DNA of 64,000 nt from Clostridiales bacterium (lineage in GTDB: Bacteria; Bacillota; Clostridia; Saccharofermentanales; Saccharofermentanaceae): positions 1 through 64,000 of the forward strand of contig JAFWDK010000001.1 in NCBI GenBank assembly GCA_017513085.1. Reading direction: 5' to 3'. Within the stretch, counting starts at the first letter, position 1; each line of letters begins with the position of its first letter. Of the stretch, positions 46,945 to 57,857 are shown one piece after another. The position numbers and the translations under genes are program-made. Under the pieces are notes generated by a model. It had not been told where the DNA came from and made no database searches. It saw nothing but the letters and a program-made list of their open reading frames with translations.

Positions 46945-49291
46945 ACGGATCCTGGAACTCGTCAGTGAGTATGGGAACATCGATTATGATGAACTGATCG
47001 CGGATGAAGACCGTGATGTTTTGCTGCAGCTGAGTTCTCTCCGTCATAGTCTGCTGAGCTGGTATCCCTTCCCGAAAGAGGCAGAGGCTCTGGAGATCAA
47101 TGCCGGATGCGGAGCTTTAAGCGCTTTGCTGCTGGACCGGTTTGACCGGGTCGATCTGTTCGAGGAACACGATGCAGCGAGAGAAATACTGAAACAACGT
47201 TTTCCGGATATGACCGGACGTGTTCTGGAAACACTTGAGGAAGTTGACCGCAAGTATGATTTTGTATTTGCGCTCGATCTGCCGGCTTTCTATCAGGGGA
47301 AACTCGCACAGGTTTTGGAAGACGCCCATGATCTGCTGAAAGAAGGGGGAATACTTTGTGTCGGGTTCCGGAACCGGAACGCCTCGAAATACAGCTGCGG
47401 GTCTGTTGATGATATTGTCAGGGAACCCTTTAAAACCGACAGCCTTCTTTCGCTTTCGGAATTCAATAATGCAGCCGGTTCTATGTTTGAAAATATCGAG
47501 GTGTACTGTCCGTTTCCGGATGCACTTTACACGCAGGCTGTTTACCGGAGCGGCTGCATGCCGACATCCTCGTTTGCTGACAGAGTTCGCGCCTTTGATC
47601 CCTATAACAGTCCGCTGATAAAAGACGAGAATGAGGAATTTTACTATGCAATAAAGGATGGAACGCTTCTTGAAAAGAGTGATTTCTATTTGGTTTTTTT
47701 GAGCAAAAGACCGCTTTCCTGTCCGATCGAACGAGTTATATTATCTCCCGACAGAGGAGAACATTCCTTTATGACGATTTTCGAAAAGGACAGAGTTTAC
47801 AAAAAAGCGATCAACGCCAAAGGCAGTTCCTATCTTGAGGAGAGCGTGAGAAACGCTGATAAACTTCGTGAACGCGGGATCGACGTCGTTCCGCAGTCTT
47901 TTGAAGATAAGAAACTGATCATGCCCTATGTCCATCAAAAAGCATCGCTGGATGAAATAGCGGATGCGGCGGCGGCAGGAGATGACACGCGCATATTGCG
48001 TGTATTCGATCAGATCTATAAAGATGTGTGCCGTTCATCAGAAACCGCCGGGGAGCCGGATCCGGAAGTATGGGGAACAGAAGATGATTCCAGTCCGGTC
48101 CTGAAAGAGGCAATGATCGACATGATCCCTTACAATGCATTCCTGACAGAAAACGGGCTTTGTTATTACGATCAGGAATTTGTCTGGGAAAATACACCTG
48201 CAAATTATGTCATGTTCAGGGCGGTGCGCTATACTTCCATTCATTTAGGTCCTCTCTTTGATCCCTGGCGGGACCTGCTCCTCGCGCGTTACGGAATCAG
48301 CGAGACACTGTATGAGATCTATCTGAAAAAAGAAAACGCATTCGTTGACAGAAACCGGCGAAGAGATCTCTATCATCAGTTTTATGACTGGACATATATT
48401 TCGCCTGAACGAATAAAGAACAACCGTCAAATGCTGATGCATTCCGATGAGGACGAAGAACTGCAAAAGATCCACGCGATCCAGCTGACGCTCTTGAAAA
48501 AATTCGACGCGTTCTGCAAAGAAAACGATCTGAAATACTTTGCGTTGCACGGTACTTTACTTGGGACGATACGTCATCAGGGGTTTATCCCCTGGGATGA
48601 CGATATCGACTTGGGCATGACGCGGGAGGACTACGACAAGCTGGTGGAACTATATGTAAACCGGCCGGGGATCCCATATCTTCAATCAATGGGCAGAGAA
48701 GGCAGGATCTTTCACGGAGGATATGCGAAATACCGGGACGAGAATTCGGTCGCAGTCGAGGAGCGGAACCGTTATATCTACGGCCATAAAGGGGTGTCGA
48801 TCGACATCATGCCGTTAGACCGCTGCCCCGAAGATCCTGCTGAACGGAAAAAGCTGCAAAAGAAGATCACGGAGATCCAGCGCTGTATTTACGCGAGATG
48901 CTATTCCAAACCGGCCGGATTATTCGATGATCTGCCGGCGAATAAAATGCTTAAATACTATCTGTTTGGCAGCCATATTCCTTTGCGGTTCCAATATCCG
49001 GTCCTGAATCATCTGTTCCGAAGTGTTAAGGATTCGTCGTTGCGGACGATCCTGGCATGTTACTACGGCGAAGTTGAAAACCGGAATCTGTTCCGGGAGA
49101 AGGACCTGAATGATCTGGTTCTTATGCCCTTTGAGGATACGATGATTCCGGTTCCGAGAAACTATCACCAGTGGCTTCTGCAACGCTATGGAGAAAACTA
49201 TCTGTATCCGCCAAAGATAAAGAACAGAAAGCACTCGAACCTGTTTATTAAACTCGATGATTCCTATAAACTAAAGAAAGGAGACGAGTGA
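46919..49291 (+). CDS. Fusion of SAM-methyltransferase-like, kinase-like and LicD domains
   Basis: LEINAGCG and LLKEGG; VYKK, IDMIPYN, YYDQE; GTLLGTIRHQGFIPWDDDID. Confidence 0.8.
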   Translation: MTGSNKSYRRILELVSEYGNIDYDELIADEDRDVLLQLSSLRHSLLSWYPFPKEAEALEINAGCGALSALLLDRFDRVDLFEEHDAAREILKQRFPDMTGRVLETLEEVDRKYDFVFALDLPAFYQGKLAQVLEDAHDLLKEGGILCVGFRNRNASKYSCGSVDDIVREPFKTDSLLSLSEFNNAAGSMFENIEVYCPFPDALYTQAVYRSGCMPTSSFADRVRAFDPYNSPLIKDENEEFYYAIKDGTLLEKSDFYLVFLSKRPLSCPIERVILSPDRGEHSFMTIFEKDRVYKKAINAKGSSYLEESVRNADKLRERGIDVVPQSFEDKKLIMPYVHQKASLDEIADAAAAGDDTRILRVFDQIYKDVCRSSETAGEPDPEVWGTEDDSSPVLKEAMIDMIPYNAFLTENGLCYYDQEFVWENTPANYVMFRAVRYTSIHLGPLFDPWRDLLLARYGISETLYEIYLKKENAFVDRNRRRDLYHQFYDWTYISPERIKNNRQMLMHSDEDEELQKIHAIQLTLLKKFDAFCKENDLKYFALHGTLLGTIRHQGFIPWDDDIDLGMTREDYDKLVELYVNRPGIPYLQSMGREGRIFHGGYAKYRDENSVAVEERNRYIYGHKGVSIDIMPLDRCPEDPAERKKLQKKITEIQRCIYARCYSKPAGLFDDLPANKMLKYYLFGSHIPLRFQYPVLNHLFRSVKDSSLRTILACYYGEVENRNLFREKDLNDLVLMPFEDTMIPVPRNYHQWLLQRYGENYLYPPKIKNRKHSNLFIKLDDSYKLKKGDE

Positions 49292-49716
49292 TGGAGAAAG
49301 TACATGTCGGTCTGCTGATGGGAGTCTTTGACCTCTTTCATGTCGGACATCTGAAACTGATCCGCAACGCGAAGGAACGCTGTGAGTATCTTCGGGTCGC
49401 GATCCTCTCGGATGAGTTGGTAATGGAATATAAAAAACACTATCCTGTCATTCCGGCAGAAGAGCGGAAAGAAGTCCTGGAAGCGCTGCGCGATGTTGAT
49501 GAGGTAGTGATCATTGAAGATACCCCGTCACGTCTGACGGAGTATGACCGGCGACCTTTCGATGCGTTCTTCTCCGGAAATGATTATGAGGGAAATCCGT
49601 ACTGGATCTACGAGCAGCAGGAGCTGCGCAAGCGCGGTTCAGATGTTGTGTTCTTCCCTTATACGGAATCACAGAGCACCACAAAAATCATCAGCAAAAT
49701 CAGAAACACAAAGTAA
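49291..49716 (+). CDS. TagD-type cytidylyltransferase
   Basis: GVFDLFHVGH, GNDY, PYTESQSTTKI. Confidence 0.9.
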   Translation: MEKVHVGLLMGVFDLFHVGHLKLIRNAKERCEYLRVAILSDELVMEYKKHYPVIPAEERKEVLEALRDVDEVVIIEDTPSRLTEYDRRPFDAFFSGNDYEGNPYWIYEQQELRKRGSDVVFFPYTESQSTTKIISKIRNTK

Positions 49717-49770
49717 CACCAAGCACCACAAAGAAACATTAAGCAACACAAGGCGACACGAGGTAACAAA
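49701..49770 (+). repeat. Degenerate 10-bp tandem repeat, 7 units (consensus about AAGNAACACA)
   Basis: cagaaacaca aagtaacacc aagcaccaca aagaaacatt aagcaacaca aggcgacacg aggtaacaaa. Confidence 0.75.
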
Positions 49771-50693
49771 TGAAAGTACTAGTAACCGGGGGAGCTGGAT
49801 TCATCGGCTCGCACCTGTGCAGGAGACTGCTCGAGCAGGGGGATGAAGTCTTCTGCTTGGATATCTTCTATTCCAGTGCGCGAAGAAATATCGCTGATCT
49901 GGAAAACGATCCGCATTTCCATTTTCTTGAGAAAGACATCGAAGACCCGATCGATCTGGAAGTCGAACGTATTTACAATATGGCCTGTCCGGCAAGCCCG
50001 GTCCACTATCAGAGAGATCCGGTAAAAACCGCCCGCACAAGCGTGCTCGGCGCCATCAATATGCTGGAGCTGGCAAAAAGAAATCATTGCCGTATTCTGC
50101 AGACGAGCACAAGCGAGATCTATGGGAATCCGCTGGTTCATCCGCAGAAGGAGAGCTACTGGGGCAATGTCAATACGATCGGACTGCGTTCCTGCTATGA
50201 TGAGGGAAAGCGGATGAGTGAAACACTTTTCTTTGATTATCATCGTCAGTACGGTGTTGATATCCGTGTTGTCCGTATTTTTAATACATATGGCCCGTAT
50301 ATGGCAGAAAATGACGGCCGCGTTGTTTCCAATTTCATCGTGCAGGCGCTTCGCGGCGAAGACATCACGATCTACGGAGACGGCTCCCAGACGAGATCTT
50401 TCTGCTATGTGGACGACACCGTCAGCGCCTTGATGAAAATGATGGAAAGCGATTTTACCGGTCCGGTGAATATCGGAAATCCGGACGAGAGGACTGTAAA
50501 GGAACTCGCCGAAAAGATCGTTGAAATGACATCGTCGGTCTCAAAGATCGTTTATAAAGGCCTGCCATCGGATGATCCGGTTAGACGCAGACCGGACATC
50601 TCGCTCGCGAAGGAAAAACTGCACTGGCAGCCAGTCGTTTCACTGGAGACAGGTCTGCAGCGAACGATCGAATATTTCAAAAAGGTTATTTAA
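49770..50693 (+). CDS. uxs: UDP-glucuronate decarboxylase (UDP-xylose synthase), SDR
   Basis: [54 protein letters not shown]. Confidence 0.92.
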   Translation: MKVLVTGGAGFIGSHLCRRLLEQGDEVFCLDIFYSSARRNIADLENDPHFHFLEKDIEDPIDLEVERIYNMACPASPVHYQRDPVKTARTSVLGAINMLELAKRNHCRILQTSTSEIYGNPLVHPQKESYWGNVNTIGLRSCYDEGKRMSETLFFDYHRQYGVDIRVVRIFNTYGPYMAENDGRVVSNFIVQALRGEDITIYGDGSQTRSFCYVDDTVSALMKMMESDFTGPVNIGNPDERTVKELAEKIVEMTSSVSKIVYKGLPSDDPVRRRPDISLAKEKLHWQPVVSLETGLQRTIEYFKKVI

Positions 50694-50706
50694 GTGAGGA
50701 TACGGA

Positions 50707-51549
50707 ATGTCGGAACATCACGTGCATATTGATGCAAATCCGAAAAGAGTCGATCTGCAATTGCGCGACGTGTGGCGTTACCGGGATTTCGTCTGGTCGT
50801 ACACGCGTACGCATTTCGCAAAAAAATACAAACAGACCATCCTTGGACCGCTTTGGCTTTTAGTTAACCCGATGATCAACGCCCTGATGAACCTTTTTGT
50901 TTTCGGTATGATCGCCGGGATCGGCACAAGCGGTATTCCGAAACTGCTCTTCTATATCGCCGGTCAGGGGATATGGGCGTTTTTCGCGTCGATCGTCGGA
51001 GCCTGTGCTTTTACCTTTGCCGCAAATGCGCATCTTTACGGGAAGGTCTGGTTCCCCAGACTGTGTATCCCGGTATCTTATATCATGACTTCTGCTGCGG
51101 AATTTCTTATCCAGATGGTACCGTTTCTTTTATGCGCGGTCTATTACGCTCTGACCGGGACCTACGTCATTCGCTGGAGCGGATTGCTGCTGATGCTGCT
51201 TCTTCTGCCGTGGCTTGGAGCTCTCGGACTGGGTGTCGGTATTCTTGTCTCCAGCATGACCACAAAATACCGAGATCTCGGTCTGCTTGTCGGACTGGTC
51301 ATCCGTTTCTGGATGTACGCAACGCCGGTCGTTTATCCGCTCAGCGAAGTACGCTACAGTTTCCTGCAGAAATGGATCCGCCTGAATCCGGTAACCGCAG
51401 TTGTGGAGCTCTTCCGGCATTTCCTGTTTGGTGTCGGAGAGGTCTCGCCGGGAATGATCGGATATTCTCTCGTTCTGACAGTGCTGATCCTCGCTGCAGG
51501 CATCTTCAGTTTTAACCGGATCGAAAGATCCTTTATGGATACGGTGTAA
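50707..51549 (+). CDS. wzm: ABC-2 polysaccharide export permease
   Basis: YKQTILGPLW, K.WFPR, KYRD, YATPVVYP, LNP. Confidence 0.92.
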   Translation: MSEHHVHIDANPKRVDLQLRDVWRYRDFVWSYTRTHFAKKYKQTILGPLWLLVNPMINALMNLFVFGMIAGIGTSGIPKLLFYIAGQGIWAFFASIVGACAFTFAANAHLYGKVWFPRLCIPVSYIMTSAAEFLIQMVPFLLCAVYYALTGTYVIRWSGLLLMLLLLPWLGALGLGVGILVSSMTTKYRDLGLLVGLVIRFWMYATPVVYPLSEVRYSFLQKWIRLNPVTAVVELFRHFLFGVGEVSPGMIGYSLVLTVLILAAGIFSFNRIERSFMDTV

Positions 51550-51550
51550 T

Positions 51551-52846
<1,296 letters not shown>

Positions 52847-52847
52847 G

Positions 52848-52876
52848 AAGAGATCTTCGAAAACGAAGATCTTTTT
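52848..52876 (+). terminator. Intrinsic terminator ending the glycan operon
   Basis: AGATCTTCG-aaaa-CGAAGATCT-TTTT. Confidence 0.8.
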
Positions 52877-52951
52877 GTATACGGAGAAAACCTCTGTCCC
52901 TTTTTGACAGTTATGTAGATAATAGAGAGTAAGAAAAAGAAGGTTAAAAAG

Positions 52952-54292
52952 ATGAACAGTCAGTATTTGAACGGTCTTTATCAGGAACTGGAGAACAGGT
53001 ATCCGGAACAGAAAGAGTATCTGCAGGCGGTCCGTGAAGTCTTCTCGTCGATCGATCCGGTCCTGGAAAAACATCCGGAATATGAAAAGGCGAATATCGT
53101 AGGCAGAATGATCGAACCGGAAAGGATCGTTATTTTCCGTGTTCCCTGGACAGATGACAACGGCAGCGTTCAAGTGAACAGAGGATACAGGGTGCAGTTC
53201 AATTCTGCGATCGGACCTTATAAGGGCGGGCTCCGTTTCCGGGAGAACGTAAACCTCTCGATCCTGAAATTCCTTGGCTTTGAACAGGTATTCAAGAATG
53301 CCCTGACCTCTCTGCCGATGGGCGGAGGAAAAGGCGGATCGGATTTTGATCCGAAAGGAAGATCCGACCGGGAAGTCATGGCATTCTGCCAGAGCTTCAT
53401 GACGGAACTGGTGAAATACATCGGTCCGGACAGCGATGTGCCGGCAGGAGATATCGGTGTCGGAAAAAGGGAGATCGGTTATCTGTACGGACAGTATAAA
53501 AGGCTGACCGGTGAATGGAACGGTTCTCTGACCGGAAAGGGACTGACATACGGAGGTTCTCTCGGCAGAACGCAGGCGACCGGTTATGGACTTTGCTATT
53601 TTACGGAAGCCTATCTAAAAGACAACGGAATGAGTTTTAAGGATCAGAATGTCGTGATCTCCGGGTCGGGCAATGTTGCGATCTATGCTGCTGAAAAAGC
53701 GAAGCAGCTGGGCGCGAAAGTCATCGCGATGAGCGACTCGGACGGATATGTATATGATCCCAGTGGAATAGACATCGAAACCATCAAGATGATCAAGGAA
53801 GGAAAGAGAGACCGGATCTATAAATATGCTGATTTGGTACCTGCTGCGGAATATCACGAAGGATGCAAAGGAATCTGGACAGTCCCGTGTGATTTTGCGA
53901 TGCCGTGTGCCACACAGAATGAACTGGATCGCGATGATGCGGAAGCCCTGATCAAAAACGGATGCAAAGGGGTCTTCGAAGGCGCAAATATGCCCAGCAC
54001 GCCGGAAGCGATCTCGCTTATCCAGAGCAGCGGACTGCTGTATTCTCCGGGAAAAGCCTCCAACGCCGGCGGAGTTGCGGTATCCGGATTGGAGATGAGT
54101 CAGAATGCCCAGCACCTGAACTGGACGTTCGAAGAAGTCGACTGCAAACTGAAAGAGATCATGATCAATATCTACAAGAATTCCAGAGATACTGCCGCAG
54201 AATACGGAAAAGAAGGCGACCTGGTTTCCGGTGCGAATATCGCGGGATTCGTCAAGGTCGCAAACGCAATGCTTGAACAGGGCGTTTGCTGA
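52952..54292 (+). CDS. gdhA: Glutamate dehydrogenase (NADP-type family)
   Basis: GPYKGGLRF, MGGGKGGSDFDPKG, DVPAGDIGVG, GSGNVA, EGANMP. Confidence 0.97.
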   Translation: MNSQYLNGLYQELENRYPEQKEYLQAVREVFSSIDPVLEKHPEYEKANIVGRMIEPERIVIFRVPWTDDNGSVQVNRGYRVQFNSAIGPYKGGLRFRENVNLSILKFLGFEQVFKNALTSLPMGGGKGGSDFDPKGRSDREVMAFCQSFMTELVKYIGPDSDVPAGDIGVGKREIGYLYGQYKRLTGEWNGSLTGKGLTYGGSLGRTQATGYGLCYFTEAYLKDNGMSFKDQNVVISGSGNVAIYAAEKAKQLGAKVIAMSDSDGYVYDPSGIDIETIKMIKEGKRDRIYKYADLVPAAEYHEGCKGIWTVPCDFAMPCATQNELDRDDAEALIKNGCKGVFEGANMPSTPEAISLIQSSGLLYSPGKASNAGGVAVSGLEMSQNAQHLNWTFEEVDCKLKEIMINIYKNSRDTAAEYGKEGDLVSGANIAGFVKVANAMLEQGVC

Positions 54293-54327
54293 CGTGAAGT
54301 ATGTATAACGCAGGAAGGAGACAGGGA

Positions 54328-55458
54328 ATGATACGTTTTAATGTTCCGCCGTATACCGGCAAAGAACTTGAATACATGAAAGAAGCTATCGCAAACCGTA
54401 AGATCTGCGGTGACGGGCCTTTTACCAAAAAATGCAGCGAATGGATCGAACAACGTTTTGGCACAAAGAAAGCGCTGCTAACAACCAGCGGTTCGACAGC
54501 CCTTGATATGGCAGCACTACTCTGTGATATTCGGCCGGGCGACGAAGTCATACTGCCGAGTTTTACTTTCTCCAGCACGGCGAACTCTTTCGTTTTGGCC
54601 GGGGCTAAACTCGTCTTTGTGGACATCCGTCCCGATACGATGAATATCGATGAAAACAAGATCGAAGAAGCGATTACTGAGAGAACTAAGGTGATCGCTC
54701 CGGTTCATTATGCCGGCGTAGCATGTGAAATGGATAAGATCATGGAAATCGCTCACAGATATCATTTGAAAGTCGTCGAAGATGCCGCGCAGGGCGTGAT
54801 GAGTACTTATAAGGGCAAGGCTCTCGGAACAATCGGCGATTTCGGCTGTTTCTCCTTCCATGAAACGAAGAATTACTCCATGGGAGAAGGCGGAGCCATC
54901 CTCATCAATGATGAAGACTACATTGAAAAAGCGGAGATCCTTCGGGAAAAAGGAACGAACCGTTCAAGATTCTTCCGTGGTCAGGTCGATAAATATACAT
55001 GGGTCGATTTTGGAGACAGTTACCTGCCGAGCGATCTCAATGCCGCCTATCTGTGGGCACAGCTTGAGAAAGCAGACGAGATCAACGATAACCGGCTCGA
55101 AACATGGAATGCATACTACAACGCTTTCCTGCCCCTGGCAGAGAGAGGTCTGATCGAATTGCCACATGTCCCTGCAGACTGCATTCATAATGCCCATATG
55201 TTTTACATCAAGTGCAGATCTCTGGAGGAGAGAACCAGATTTATCAGCTACATGAAACAGAATGACATTCTCTGCGTGTTCCATTACGTTCCTCTTCACA
55301 GTGCACCTGCCGGGGAAAAGTTTGGAAGATTCAACGGAGTTGATCGGTATACAACATCTGAAAGCGATAAACTCGTCAGACTGCCGATGTACTATAACAT
55401 CGATAAAGAGGATCTGAGGAAAGTGATCAACTGCACATTAAACTTTTTCAAAGCTTAA
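54328..55458 (+). CDS. wecE: dTDP-4-amino-4,6-dideoxygalactose transaminase
   Basis: GDGPFT, VHYAGVACEM, EDAAQG, SFHETKN, EKGTNRSRFFRGQVDKYTW, FHYVPLH. Confidence 0.93.
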   Translation: MIRFNVPPYTGKELEYMKEAIANRKICGDGPFTKKCSEWIEQRFGTKKALLTTSGSTALDMAALLCDIRPGDEVILPSFTFSSTANSFVLAGAKLVFVDIRPDTMNIDENKIEEAITERTKVIAPVHYAGVACEMDKIMEIAHRYHLKVVEDAAQGVMSTYKGKALGTIGDFGCFSFHETKNYSMGEGGAILINDEDYIEKAEILREKGTNRSRFFRGQVDKYTWVDFGDSYLPSDLNAAYLWAQLEKADEINDNRLETWNAYYNAFLPLAERGLIELPHVPADCIHNAHMFYIKCRSLEERTRFISYMKQNDILCVFHYVPLHSAPAGEKFGRFNGVDRYTTSESDKLVRLPMYYNIDKEDLRKVINCTLNFFKA

Positions 55459-55512
55459 TGAACGATCAATGATGATTGTATTAACATAAGGATAAACTCA
55501 TAGGAACTGCAG

Positions 55513-55789
55513 ATGTCTGCCTTTTCAAATAAAACGCTGATGATCACCGGAGGAACCAGCTCCTTCGGACATACAGCATTAAAACACTTTCTGACTACGG
55601 ATATCGGGACTCGATACCAAAGGTCTTTTGCAGGCAGCCGATGTTGCAGCTGAAATGGTAAAGAACAAGAAGAACGACGGTGTGATCCTGGTAACGGATT
55701 ATACGGATTTGAATGTTTTGGGGAAAGTTGTTAAAATCATTCAGTCTTATACCGGAGTTCTTGATAAAATGGTATGGCGTAAGTACTAG
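55513..55789 (+). pseudogene. Out-of-frame fusion of fnlA/capE 5' end and fnlC/capG 3' end (deletion remnant)
   Basis: 55513-55608 reads MSAFSNKTLMITGGTSSFGHTALKHFLTTDIG; 55607-55789 in another frame reads GLDTKGLLQAADVA...DY...NV..KVVKIIQSYTGVLDKMVWRKY*. Confidence 0.8.
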
Positions 55790-55804
55790 CAGGAGGTTTA
55801 GCAA

Positions 55805-56467
55805 ATGTATAAGATCACCGATATGTACGATTTGGAATACAGTGTCGCAAAAGAGTATTTATCCCAATTTGAGTATCCCTGGGAGGCCCTTCCGGGCATC
55901 CGGGACCTGATCCTGGAACTGGGGGAGAATTTGGATCCGGAGGAATATGATGAAGTCGAACCCGGTGTTTGGGTGCATAAGACAGCGTACGTTTATCCTT
56001 CTGCTTATTTAGGAGCACCTTGTATCGTCGGTCCGGAGAGCGAAGTACGCCATTGTGCTTTTATCCGCACATCCGCTCTGATCGGCAGAGGCTGTGTTGT
56101 CGGGAACAGCTGTGAGCTGAAGAACGTCATTCTGTTCGATAAATGTGAGGTTCCGCATTATAACTATGTCGGAGATTCGATCCTCGGCTATCATGCCCAT
56201 ATGGGCGCCGGGTCGGTAACATCCAATGTTAAGTCAGACCGTAAGCTGGTCGTTGTCCATAATGGAGAGGAGAATATCGAGACCGGTCTTAAAAAGTTCG
56301 GCGCAATGCTTGGTGACAACTGTGAGATCGGCTGTAATTCCGTATTGAATCCAGGCACTGTCGTCGGCAGAGAATCAAGAGTATATCCGACTTCTTGTGT
56401 ACGTGGCGTCATCCCGGAAAAATCGATCTGGAAAGTTGACGGAACGATTGTTCCGATCAACGATTAA
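55805..56467 (+). CDS. Stand-alone left-handed beta-helix acyltransferase (GlmU C-terminal-like)
   Basis: AGGAGG RBS; hexapeptide repeats, VPHYNYVGDSILG, GAGSVTSN, KFGA. Confidence 0.85.
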   Translation: MYKITDMYDLEYSVAKEYLSQFEYPWEALPGIRDLILELGENLDPEEYDEVEPGVWVHKTAYVYPSAYLGAPCIVGPESEVRHCAFIRTSALIGRGCVVGNSCELKNVILFDKCEVPHYNYVGDSILGYHAHMGAGSVTSNVKSDRKLVVVHNGEENIETGLKKFGAMLGDNCEIGCNSVLNPGTVVGRESRVYPTSCVRGVIPEKSIWKVDGTIVPIND

Positions 56468-56476
56468 CCTAACGCT

Positions 56477-56500
56477 AACCGGACAGCAATGCCCGGTTTT
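56477..56500 (+). terminator. Possible intrinsic terminator
   Basis: AACCGG-N10-CCGGTT-TT. Confidence 0.45.
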
Positions 56501-56597
56501 ATATTCCTGTAAAATGAAAATATTTTCTGAAAATCTATTAAGTATTCTTCCATGATTTATTTTATAATTAGTTCGTGAAATAAAAGGAGAATGAACC

Positions 56598-57710
56598 ATG
56601 ATCGTAGGATGTGTAAAAGAGATCAAGAATCAGGAGCACCGTGTCGGCATTACGCCTGATAATGCTCGCGCATATGTGGACGGCGGCAATACTGTCTATA
56701 TTGAAAAGAACGCCGGAGTAGGTTCCGGTTTTGCGAATACCGAATACATCGAAGCCGGCGCACAGATCCTGGATACAGCCGAGGAAGTCTGGGCAAAAGC
56801 AGACATGATCGTTAAGGTCAAAGAACCTCTTCCGCAGGAATTCAAGTATTTCCGCGAAGGTCTTATGATCTATACCTACTTCCATCTGGCAGCAGACGAG
56901 GAGTGTACCAAAGCACTCGTCGATTCCAAAGTAACTTCGATCGCTTACGAAACACTGCAGGAAAGAGACGGATCCCTGCCGCTGCTCGTTCCGATGTCCC
57001 AGATCGCCGGTCGTCTTTCTCTTCAGGAAGGTGCGAAGTATCTTGAGAAGAAATATGGCGGTGAAGGCGTCCTGTTAGCCGGTGTCCCCGGGACTCCGAA
57101 AGCAAACGTCGTTATCTTAGGTACTGGTACCGTCGGCTGCAATGCCTGCAAGCTGGCAGTCGGTATGGGCGCGAACGTCACAATCATCGGACGGAACCTG
57201 CATAAGCTGGAAGTTCTGGATGATCAGTATCATTCTTCTATCCAGACGCTGTATTCCAGCGACTCCAATATCGAAAAAGCCTGCAAGGAAGCAGATCTTG
57301 TCATCGGTGCTGTTCTCGTACCCGGCGCTGCTGCTCCGAAGCTCTTCAAGAAGCGTTATCTGAAGGAAATGAAACCGGGCTCTGTCTTCGTCGATGTTTC
57401 GATCGACCAGGGCGGCTGCGGCGAAAGCTCCAGAGTCACATCGCATGATGATCCGATCTACATCGAAGACGGCGTCATTCATTACTGTGTAGGCAATATG
57501 CCCGGCGCTGTCCCGCGCACTTCCACGATCGCTCTTACCAATGCGACCGTCAAATACGGTCTGCAGGTCGCTAACAAAGGTCTGAAGAAAGCGTGTGAAG
57601 AGAACGATGTCATCTACTCTGCGATCAACACTTTTGACGGCAAAGTTACCTTCAAGGGTGTTGCGGACGCATTCGGAATGGATTGCAGCGATATCCGCGG
57701 CATGTTGTAG
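56598..57710 (+). CDS. ald: Alanine dehydrogenase
   Basis: KEIKNQEHRV, VKVKEP, YFHLA, LLVPMSQIAGR, GAVLVPG, IDQGG, NMPGAVPRTST. Confidence 0.96.
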   Translation: MIVGCVKEIKNQEHRVGITPDNARAYVDGGNTVYIEKNAGVGSGFANTEYIEAGAQILDTAEEVWAKADMIVKVKEPLPQEFKYFREGLMIYTYFHLAADEECTKALVDSKVTSIAYETLQERDGSLPLLVPMSQIAGRLSLQEGAKYLEKKYGGEGVLLAGVPGTPKANVVILGTGTVGCNACKLAVGMGANVTIIGRNLHKLEVLDDQYHSSIQTLYSSDSNIEKACKEADLVIGAVLVPGAAAPKLFKKRYLKEMKPGSVFVDVSIDQGGCGESSRVTSHDDPIYIEDGVIHYCVGNMPGAVPRTSTIALTNATVKYGLQVANKGLKKACEENDVIYSAINTFDGKVTFKGVADAFGMDCSDIRGML

Positions 57711-57728
57711 GATAGAAAATGAAATGAG

Positions 57729-57759
57729 GAGGATCGCAGAAATGTGCGGTCCTCTTTTT
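57729..57759 (+). terminator. Intrinsic terminator after ald
   Basis: GAGGATCGCA-gaaatg-TGCGGTCCTC-TTTTT. Confidence 0.85.
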
Positions 57760-57857
57760 CATTAAGAGAACTGATATGCGTGTTAAGAGTTTTTATTGCA
57801 TGGAAAAAAAGAGATTTTTATAATGATAAAGGTGGATTTAAAAGGGAGACCATTACA

